A stretch of DNA of 64,000 nucleotides from an uncultured Candidatus Poseidoniales archaeon (GTDB lineage: Archaea > Thermoplasmatota > Poseidoniia > Poseidoniales > Poseidoniaceae), in NCBI GenBank assembly GCA_902605365.1, contig CACLCM010000006.1, forward strand, positions 7,121 through 71,120, written 5' to 3'. The notes under the pieces are model-generated. The model had not been told where the DNA came from, did no database searches, and saw only the letters and a program-made list of their open reading frames with translations. Each line of letters starts with the position of its first letter. Positions within the stretch are counted from its first letter, which is position 1. The position numbers and the translations under genes were made by a program. This document shows positions 29,295-36,467 of this stretch, piece by piece.

Positions 29295-29371
29295 GCGCGG
29301 GTAGCTTAGTCGGCTGGAGCACCCGGCTGATAACCGGGAGGTCGCAGGTTCGAGTCCTGCCTCGCGCACCA
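29295..29371 (+). tRNA. tRNA-Ile (GAT), CCA encoded
   Basis: GCGCGGG/CTCGCGC acceptor stem, CCCGG-CTGATAA-CCGGG anticodon arm, GTTCGAG T-loop and ACCA end. Confidence 0.96.
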
Positions 29372-29478
29372 TCTATGCAGTATGCTAGTTTTCAAGAGAG
29401 CCAAATGTGATTTTCTTTCTTGAAATAAACGGTAAATGATGAGAACACTCATTTAGCCCCCTCACAGGCCACTGTAAC

Positions 29479-30414
29479 ATGGTAGTAGTATCGGGCAGCA
29501 ATTCCCGTGCGCTGGCTCTTGACTTAGCAGATGAGTTAGGATGGGAGCACCATTCGCTTGAGGCGAGAAGATTTCCTGATTCTGAAGGATATATCAGAAT
29601 CCCTGAAGAATCAATAGAAGCAGTGCGCAAGGAACCTGTCGTCCTCGTATCAAACACATTTCCTGACGCAGGAATTGTTGAAACATTATTGCTACTCGAA
29701 GCTTTGAGAGATGTCAGAGAAGGACGAACTGAGAACCTCAAAGAGATAGGGCCTCAATCCATGGACAAAGTAGGCGGAGGAGTAATCGTTGCTATTCCAT
29801 ACTTTGGATATTCACGGCAAGACAAAAGATTCCGCCCAGGGGAAGCGATTAGTGCCAAAGCAATAGGAAGGTTGCTTTCGGCGCATTGCGACGGAATTGT
29901 AGTGTTCGACTTACACTCGCCAGCCGCATTGGAAGACATGCCAATACCTGTGGAGTTCACATCTGCTATGCAAGAGATCGCCACTCACCTACAAGATACC
30001 GTAAGCCCTGACTTCATTCTCTCCCCAGATAAAGGTGCTATTGACAGGGCGTCTGCAGTCGCTGATGCAATAGGATTACCATTCTCTTATTTGGAAAAAA
30101 CTAGAATCGATGCACACACTATCATACACAAGGCAAAGGATTTGGATGTTGAGGGGAAAATAGTCGCTATCGTAGACGACATGATTGCTACCGGCGGAAC
30201 GATTTGTAAAGCGGCTGATGCATTGAGAAGCCAAGGTGCAACTGAAGTTCATGCTGCTTGCACCCACGGTTTATTCACCGGTGGAGCGATTGCTAGGCTG
30301 GCAAATCACGTGGATGGAGTGCATGCGACATCTAGTCTGGCTAACAGTCGCGCCGTAATCTCCGGAGGAGCCGCATTGGCTCGTGGTGTGCGTAATATCC
30401 TCAAAGAGTTGTGA
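29479..30414 (+). CDS. prs: Ribose-phosphate pyrophosphokinase
   Basis: FPDSE, PYFGYSRQDK, DLHS, SPDKGA, VDDMIATGGT and THGLF motifs. Confidence 0.95.
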   Translation: MVVVSGSNSRALALDLADELGWEHHSLEARRFPDSEGYIRIPEESIEAVRKEPVVLVSNTFPDAGIVETLLLLEALRDVREGRTENLKEIGPQSMDKVGGGVIVAIPYFGYSRQDKRFRPGEAISAKAIGRLLSAHCDGIVVFDLHSPAALEDMPIPVEFTSAMQEIATHLQDTVSPDFILSPDKGAIDRASAVADAIGLPFSYLEKTRIDAHTIIHKAKDLDVEGKIVAIVDDMIATGGTICKAADALRSQGATEVHAACTHGLFTGGAIARLANHVDGVHATSSLANSRAVISGGAALARGVRNILKEL

Positions 30415-30499
30415 TTGCACTAGTCAATTTCAATCCGTGGTGTTTATATTCGCGAGGCCGTGCGCAGCGTTGCTTCACATAAGCATGAGAGTGATTTCA

Positions 30500-30871
30500 A
30501 TGAGTGCACACGTGTCATACGAAACCCCTAACGATGTCGCAGATAAGATCTACGAGATGGTTCAGGCGAACAACAACGGTAGAATGAAAAAAGGATCTAA
30601 TGAGGTGACCAAGGCTGCTGAAAGAGGCACTGCTAAGTTCATCATCATGGCTGAAGATGTAAACCCGCCAGAATTACTGGCTCACATCCCACTGATCTGT
30701 GCTGAGAAAGGTATTCCATTCGGATACGTTCCTAGCCAAGAGTTCCTAGCAAAGGAAGCAGGAATGCCTGGTGGCGTTAAGACTGCATCTCTTGCACTTC
30801 TTGAAGTGTCCAAGGGCGCACAAGAAAAATTCAACGAAGTTGTAGAGCTAGTAAAGGGGCTTTCCAGCTGA
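30500..30871 (+). CDS. rpl7ae: 50S ribosomal protein L7Ae (eL8)
   Basis: KKGSNEVTKAAERG and AEDVNPPELLAHIPLIC motifs; TTTATA box at about 30443; start at MSAHVSY. Confidence 0.95.
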   Translation: MSAHVSYETPNDVADKIYEMVQANNNGRMKKGSNEVTKAAERGTAKFIIMAEDVNPPELLAHIPLICAEKGIPFGYVPSQEFLAKEAGMPGGVKTASLALLEVSKGAQEKFNEVVELVKGLSS

Positions 30872-30901
30872 ACTTGATTACTGAATTCGGAGGAATAAGA
30901 A

Positions 30902-31126
30902 ATGTCTGAAGAACTAGGAGGATGGCCTGCTGAGGTCGTTGAAGTAGTAGGTAGAACCGGAATGACCGGAGAAGCCACTCAAGTCAAGGTGCGTGTCAAT
31001 GACGCACCAAACCCACGTGACGTGGGCCGTATTATTACAAGAAATGTGCTTGGACCTGTTCGTCTGGGTGACATTTTGATGCTACGAGATACTGGTCGTG
31101 AAGCTCGTAAACTAAACTATAGGTGA
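30902..31126 (+). CDS. rps28e: 30S ribosomal protein S28e
   Basis: [14 protein letters not shown] and [17 protein letters not shown] motifs; GGAGG SD. Confidence 0.96.
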   Translation: MSEELGGWPAEVVEVVGRTGMTGEATQVKVRVNDAPNPRDVGRIITRNVLGPVRLGDILMLRDTGREARKLNYR

Positions 31127-31131
31127 TCAAC

Positions 31132-31320
31132 ATGCCAGAACAAAGAATTTGCACTTTCTCAGGCGAAATTATTGAACCAGGTACAGGACTTATGTTCATC
31201 CGCAGAGATGGAACAGTACAGTGGTTTGCTAACAGTAAGGCTCGCAAAAACGCAGTCAAGCTAAAGCGAAACTCACGCAGAGTCAAGTGGACCCGTCATT
31301 TCGTCAAAGGCGGCATTTAG
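31132..31320 (+). CDS. rpl24e: 50S ribosomal protein L24e
   Basis: IEPGTG, RRDG and VKWT motifs; conserved position in the l7ae-s28e-l24e-ndk-infB cluster; AGGTGAT SD. Confidence 0.93.
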   Translation: MPEQRICTFSGEIIEPGTGLMFIRRDGTVQWFANSKARKNAVKLKRNSRRVKWTRHFVKGGI

Positions 31321-31395
31321 ATATCCTTCTAAACCGCTAATTCAATCGCTGCGCTCAAATAGGGCTTGCCAGTCGGCCACAATGGTGGAATTAGT

Positions 31396-31842
31396 ATGGA
31401 AACTACCTATGTCATGGTAAAGCCCGACGGAGTACAGCGCGGACTGGTTGGAGAAATCATTCAAAGATTCGAACGAAAGGGCCTACAATTGGTCGGTCTG
31501 AAGCAAGTAATTCCAAGTGAAGAGATTGCAAAGACACACTATGCTGTTCATTCAGAACGCCCATTTTTCCCAGGGTTAATCAAATTCGTAACTAGCGGCC
31601 CTGTCGTTTGTATGGCTTGGCTTGGAAAAGATGCGATTAGTGTTGCTCGTAATTTGATCGGTCCGACTAACGGACGAGAAGCAGCTCCAGGAACTATTCG
31701 TGGAGATTTCGGAATGGATATTGGATACAATATGATTCATGGTTCAGATGCAGCAGATACTGCTGAATTCGAATTAGGACTATGGTTCCCAGAAGGTGTA
31801 AACGACTGGAACCAAGACAGTCAGTCTTGGGTCTATGAGTGA
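31396..31842 (+). CDS. ndk: Nucleoside diphosphate kinase
   Basis: [17 protein letters not shown] and NMIHGSD motifs. Confidence 0.97.
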   Translation: METTYVMVKPDGVQRGLVGEIIQRFERKGLQLVGLKQVIPSEEIAKTHYAVHSERPFFPGLIKFVTSGPVVCMAWLGKDAISVARNLIGPTNGREAAPGTIRGDFGMDIGYNMIHGSDAADTAEFELGLWFPEGVNDWNQDSQSWVYE

Positions 31843-31889
31843 TTAGTATACCAATTGGAAATTTAAAAAAGACAATTGGGGTTTTAGAC

Positions 31890-33728
31890 ATGTCTGACGA
31901 GGAGGAGACTCAAGAGCCTCCGGCTGAAGATGAGGTCAAAGCCCTTGGTTGGCAGCGCCAACCAATTGTTGCAGTACTCGGCCACGTCGACCATGGTAAG
32001 ACCAGTGTTCTAGATCATTTTAGATCGCTTGGTAGTGAAAGACAAGCCAGCGTAATGGACCGTGAAGCTGGAGGGATTACGCAGCATATTGGGGCGACTG
32101 AAGTACCCGCAAAAATCCTCAATGAAACATGTGCTGCTATGACTGGCGGAAAGGATTTCAACAGTCCCGGTTTGTTATTCATCGATACCCCTGGACATCA
32201 TTCATTTACTAGCCTAAGGAGTAGAGGAGGGGCTTTAGCAGATATTGCAATCCTAGTTGTTGACATAATGGAAGGACTACAACCTCAGACCATTGAGAGT
32301 TTGCGAATCCTTCGTGAAAAACAAACACCATTTGTTGTAGCGGCTAACAAAGTTGACCGTATTCACGGATGGAGAACAGAAAAAGGCCGCTCTTTCATTG
32401 AATCATGGGCTAATCAAAGGGATGATATCAAACAATTTTTCGATGAGCGCTATTGGAAACTGCTTGGGCAATTTAGCGAGCACGGATTCAATATTGAGCG
32501 CTATGATAAAATTAGAGATTTCAAATCAAATCTAGCTATGGTGCCTTGCTCTGCCAAAGATGGCGAGGGTCTGCAAGACTTACTTACAGTGACTGTTGGT
32601 TTAGCAGAACGTTTCCTAGATGAACGTCTAAGAGATACTCTTGGAGACGGTGAAGGAACCGTATTGGAAATGAAAGATGAAAGAGGATTGGGTAAAACAA
32701 TCGATGTTATTCTAAATAGAGGAGAACTCAATTTGGGTGATACAATAACTCTAGTTGGCGCAGATGGCCCGTTTTCAACTCATATCAAAGGGATGTTCAA
32801 ACCAAGAGGAATGTCGGAGATGAGGGATGCAGGGGACAGATGGGAAGCTTGTGAAAATGCGGTTGCTGCATGCGGCTTGAAAATTGTCGCACCAGGCCTC
32901 GAGAATGTCTTAGCAGGAACTACCTTGCGCCAAACTAATACTCCAGAGGCTAAGGAAAAAGCCGAACATGAAGCACGTAAAGAAGCGTCAATATCAGTAG
33001 ATATTGCAGAGGAAGGCGTCGTTATCAAAGCAGATACAGTTGGTGGATTAGAGGCATTAGCATTCGAATTAGACAAATTGGAAATTCCAATCCGTATGGC
33101 AACGATTGGCCCGGTAAATAAGAGAGATATCATCACTGCACAATGTGCAGAGAGTGAACTCAATCAAATCATTCTAGGATTCTCTGTAAAAGGTAATTCC
33201 GAAGTGCAACCCAGATTACAGGGGCCTGATGCAGATATCAAATTCATTGGTGCAGATATTATCTATCGCATCTTAGAAGAGTTAGAAGAATGGCGAGAGA
33301 CCACTCAAGCAGAGATAGATGCCGCTGCAAGAGAAAATCTAGTTTACCCTGGCCATCTACTGTATCTTCAAGATCACACCTTCAGAAACAAAGGACCTGC
33401 AATCGTAGGAATGAGGGTGCTTGGTGGCCGAGTGCATATTGGCCAGAGAATTATGAAGCGAGATGGCACTGCTGTTGGTCAAATCAAGAGTTTGAGAAAC
33501 AGGTCCAGCGAGGAAGTAAAAGAAGGAAGGCAAGGCGATGAACTCGCAGTTGCAGTCATGGGCCCTACGGTTGGCCGCCATATTGAGGAAGGTGACGAGT
33601 TTTGGGTAGACATCCCTGCATCTCACGCTAAGAGATTACGCAAAATAGAACTCACACCGATCGAAGAAGAAATCCTAGAAGAGTTGACTATCCTACACAG
33701 GAAAGAAGACCACTTTTGGGGCAGATAA
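31890..33728 (+). CDS. infB: Translation initiation factor aIF5B/IF-2
   Basis: GHVDHGKT, GGITQHIGA, DTPGH and NKVD motifs; archaeal C-terminal FWG. Confidence 0.96.
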   Translation: MSDEEETQEPPAEDEVKALGWQRQPIVAVLGHVDHGKTSVLDHFRSLGSERQASVMDREAGGITQHIGATEVPAKILNETCAAMTGGKDFNSPGLLFIDTPGHHSFTSLRSRGGALADIAILVVDIMEGLQPQTIESLRILREKQTPFVVAANKVDRIHGWRTEKGRSFIESWANQRDDIKQFFDERYWKLLGQFSEHGFNIERYDKIRDFKSNLAMVPCSAKDGEGLQDLLTVTVGLAERFLDERLRDTLGDGEGTVLEMKDERGLGKTIDVILNRGELNLGDTITLVGADGPFSTHIKGMFKPRGMSEMRDAGDRWEACENAVAACGLKIVAPGLENVLAGTTLRQTNTPEAKEKAEHEARKEASISVDIAEEGVVIKADTVGGLEALAFELDKLEIPIRMATIGPVNKRDIITAQCAESELNQIILGFSVKGNSEVQPRLQGPDADIKFIGADIIYRILEELEEWRETTQAEIDAAARENLVYPGHLLYLQDHTFRNKGPAIVGMRVLGGRVHIGQRIMKRDGTAVGQIKSLRNRSSEEVKEGRQGDELAVAVMGPTVGRHIEEGDEFWVDIPASHAKRLRKIELTPIEEEILEELTILHRKEDHFWGR

Positions 33729-33757
33729 ATACCCGTAATACGCCTGAATTGGGCGAC

Positions 33758-33781
33758 TTACTCACGCAATACCTTGAAGTA
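33758..33781 (+). promoter_or_regulatory. TTACTCACGC motif plus TTGAAGTA box upstream of moxR
   Basis: The identical 10-mer recurs at 35913-35922, directly before TTCAAGTA. Confidence 0.45.
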
Positions 33782-33823
33782 TGGTAGGAGATTGTTCCAA
33801 CCTGTACCACGGGATGTAATATC

Positions 33824-34831
33824 ATGAATGCAGGATTCCAAGCAGGCGCACCAACAGGTGACCACCGTACGAAGGACCTTATCGCAACCGTTTCTTCGAT
33901 TGCAAATTCACTTATGGGTGAAGTATCGAAAGTTATTATCGGTAAAAACGAAAATCTTCGAAGAGTTACCGTTGGCATTCTGTCCAACGGAAACATGTTG
34001 CTAGAAGATTTCCCAGGACTTGCTAAAACATTGCTAGCAAATACATTTGCACAAGCTCTAGGATGTAAGTTCAAGCGTGTTCAGTTCACTCCAGATTTAC
34101 TGCCCAGTGACATCATGGGTACTTACATGTATGACCAAAAGTCCGGAGAATTCAAACTGCGTGCAGGTCCACTTTTCGCCAATATTCTTCTTGCTGACGA
34201 AATTAACCGTGCTCCACCAAAGACTCAGGCGGCTTTGCTTGAGGCTATGGAAGAAAAGCAGGTTACAATCGAAGGTATCACGCACAAGTTACCAGCACCA
34301 TTCGTTGTAATCGCTACACAGAACCCTATCGAGCAAGAAGGAACATACCCTCTACCAGAGGCACAGATGGACCGATTCTTGATGAAGATGAGTATGGGAT
34401 ACCCTGACCGTGCTGAAGAAAAGGCTATTCTGGCTCGCCGTAAACTTCGTGGAAAGGATGGTCACGACATCGAACAGATTACTTCTCCAAAGAAGGTGGT
34501 TGCAATGCAGAAAGCATTGGAAACCGTACACGTTGACCCTGCAATCCTATCTTACATTATCGAAATTGTTCAGAGAACAAGAGAAGACCACCGTGTAGTA
34601 AACGGTGCTTCACCTCGTGCTTCACAAGCACTATTCAAGTCGGGACGTGCTGCTGCCGCAATAGATGGTAGAGATTACGTAATTCCTGATGACATCAAAG
34701 GTATTGCTCTGCAGATTATATCTCACAGGATCAACATGAAACCTGAAGCTAAGATTCGTGGAATCACCGGTATGCACATTGTGCGTAAGATTCTGTCTGA
34801 AGTTCCAGTTCCAGTTATCCAACAGGGATGA
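33824..34831 (+). CDS. MoxR-family AAA+ ATPase
   Basis: PGLAKT, RVQFTPDLLPSD, LADEINRAPPKTQAALLEAMEE, ATQNPIEQEGTYPLPEAQMDRF and GASPR motifs. Confidence 0.95.
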   Translation: MNAGFQAGAPTGDHRTKDLIATVSSIANSLMGEVSKVIIGKNENLRRVTVGILSNGNMLLEDFPGLAKTLLANTFAQALGCKFKRVQFTPDLLPSDIMGTYMYDQKSGEFKLRAGPLFANILLADEINRAPPKTQAALLEAMEEKQVTIEGITHKLPAPFVVIATQNPIEQEGTYPLPEAQMDRFLMKMSMGYPDRAEEKAILARRKLRGKDGHDIEQITSPKKVVAMQKALETVHVDPAILSYIIEIVQRTREDHRVVNGASPRASQALFKSGRAAAAIDGRDYVIPDDIKGIALQIISHRINMKPEAKIRGITGMHIVRKILSEVPVPVIQQG

Positions 34832-34912
34832 TTGATGCTCGAATAATGCGACTCTTTACAGAGGGTGGACGCTCTCGGTAGTTCAGAGCAGCGGATTTTC
34901 CGGGTGATTTAG

Positions 34913-35881
34913 ATGAATCCATACAAGATGGTAGTAGCGGTAGCAAACCAGAAAGGTGGTTGTGCCAAGACGACTACTGCGGTTAATCTGGCTACTGCTT
35001 TAGCCAAGGGTTCAAAAAAATTCAAGGTTCCTCCAGCGAAGGTTTTGCTAATTGATTTAGACCCTCAAGGGAATTGTGCGACATCATTTGGTGTCGAGAA
35101 GAAAAAAATCAAAAAAACTGCTTATGATTTGTTGGTTAATGATAGCGGTGAAGACTTACCGCTAATGGATGAATATCTGATTTCACCTCAAGCTCTGACA
35201 GAATCCATGCAAAGAGCATGGGCAAAAAGAAATGAGAACGCAAAAAGAGTTCCAGGGGATTTAGCGGTTGACAACCTTTGGCTATTACCTAGTGATATTC
35301 ACCTCTCAGGCGCAGAGATTGAACTCAGCCACCGAATCGGTCGTGAAACACGTCTAAGGGAGGCTTTAGCCCCTATAATCGACCAATTTGACCACATCAT
35401 CATCGACACTCCGCCCTCTCTAGGGCTTTTGTCGATTAACGCGCTTTGTGCTGCAAATTGGGTATTCATTCCAGTACAAGCAGAATATTACGCTCTTGAA
35501 GGATTCAGCATGCTGATGAATAGCGTGAAAATGATTCAAAAAAGAATTAATCGAAACCTGAAGATTTTCGGTGTGGCCATGACAATGGTTGATCAGAGGT
35601 CTAAACTTTCGTTGCATGTATGTGATGAAGTACAGTCGAAAATCCCACGTAAGGTGTTCAAAACTCCAATTCGAAGATTGGCCAAGGTTGCTGAAGCCGC
35701 ATGGACTGGAGCGCCTACTGTAATCCTAAATCGACCAAGTAATAGTGGCGCCGGGGCAGGGAGTAGAGAATATTGGTCGCTGACCAAGGAATATCATGAG
35801 CGCGTTCAAGAGATGAGACGCCAGTTTGGAGTAACAGAGCACCCTCGCCTGTTACTTGAAAAACAAGGTCGGACATTTTGA
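34913..35881 (+). CDS. parA: ParA/Soj-family ATPase
   Basis: Deviant Walker A KGGCAKTT, IDLDPQGN, DTPPSLG and PVQAEYYALEG motifs. Confidence 0.93.
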   Translation: MNPYKMVVAVANQKGGCAKTTTAVNLATALAKGSKKFKVPPAKVLLIDLDPQGNCATSFGVEKKKIKKTAYDLLVNDSGEDLPLMDEYLISPQALTESMQRAWAKRNENAKRVPGDLAVDNLWLLPSDIHLSGAEIELSHRIGRETRLREALAPIIDQFDHIIIDTPPSLGLLSINALCAANWVFIPVQAEYYALEGFSMLMNSVKMIQKRINRNLKIFGVAMTMVDQRSKLSLHVCDEVQSKIPRKVFKTPIRRLAKVAEAAWTGAPTVILNRPSNSGAGAGSREYWSLTKEYHERVQEMRRQFGVTEHPRLLLEKQGRTF

Positions 35882-35906
35882 GTCAGGCCTCAAACATGTT
35901 CCATTA

Positions 35907-35934
35907 GCGTAATTACTCACGCGGGATTCAAGTA
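35907..35934 (+). promoter_or_regulatory. Imperfect palindrome GCGTAATTACTCACGC plus TTCAAGTA box upstream of the RHH-like gene
   Basis: 12 of 16 positions are self-complementary; the box starts 31 nt before the ATG at 35958. Confidence 0.45.
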
Positions 35935-35957
35935 GTCAACAGTTTCCAAGCTGAGGC

Positions 35958-36200
35958 ATGACCGGCGAAGGAATGACATCGGTAAGTGTCAGTTACGAAG
36001 TGAGAAGGCAATTGAATACACTGCGAACCATGGATGGTCATCGCAGCGTAGATGGTTTTCTAACAGATTTAATTCGTGCTCACAAATTGGCAAAGATGAA
36101 TGGAGAACTAGAGAATTTACGCAACCAAATGAAGGAAGTTGCTGACGTTAGTGCTGAGCACTTAGTCCAACGATTAAACCTAGCACCATTCAAGGTCTGA
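35958..36200 (+). CDS. Small ribbon-helix-helix-like protein with C-terminal coiled coil
   Basis: TSVSVS (alternating beta ribbon), YEVRRQLNTLR (helix) and SVDGFLTDLI (helix) follow the pattern of archaeal RHH/antitoxin-like proteins. Confidence 0.6.
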   Translation: MTGEGMTSVSVSYEVRRQLNTLRTMDGHRSVDGFLTDLIRAHKLAKMNGELENLRNQMKEVADVSAEHLVQRLNLAPFKV

Positions 36201-36209
36201 GGTGAAAAT

Positions 36210-36467
36210 ATGGATTGGAGACCGCCTGGATATTTACTCACTACCAGCGATTTAGTTCATGCTATTTTTGACAAGAATAGTGATGCTGGGAAGTTGCTAG
36301 TAAAGGCGACATTGGGTGAAATTGAACTATTCGCTGCCCCCAAGAGTTGGAATGCTATTCTATGGTTGATAACCAACACCATCAAAGATGGTAGTAAGCC
36401 GATTTATTCCGGAGTACAATTAGGCGAGTTGAAAGCATCACTGCCAATAGTTTGGCGTGCAGATTAA
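36210..36467 (+). CDS. Small protein resembling a truncated, degenerate PIN domain
   Basis: Strong GAGGTGA SD at 36199-36205. YLLTTSDLVHAI...AGKLL...GEIELFAAP parallels the PIN N-terminus but has Thr in place of the catalytic Asp. Confidence 0.5.
   Translation: MDWRPPGYLLTTSDLVHAIFDKNSDAGKLLVKATLGEIELFAAPKSWNAILWLITNTIKDGSKPIYSGVQLGELKASLPIVWRAD

Noticed and set aside
29124..29372. 82-aa minus-strand ORF
   Set aside because: Shadow of tRNA-Ile and the end of the PRC gene.
30470..30505. Autoregulatory k-turn in the rpl7ae leader
   Set aside because: A short hairpin and GA dinucleotides are present, but I could not assemble a convincing k-turn by eye.
35958..36467. Active VapBC toxin-antitoxin pair
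   Set aside because: The PIN-like ORF is only 85 aa and lacks the first catalytic Asp, so it is kept only as a degenerate module.
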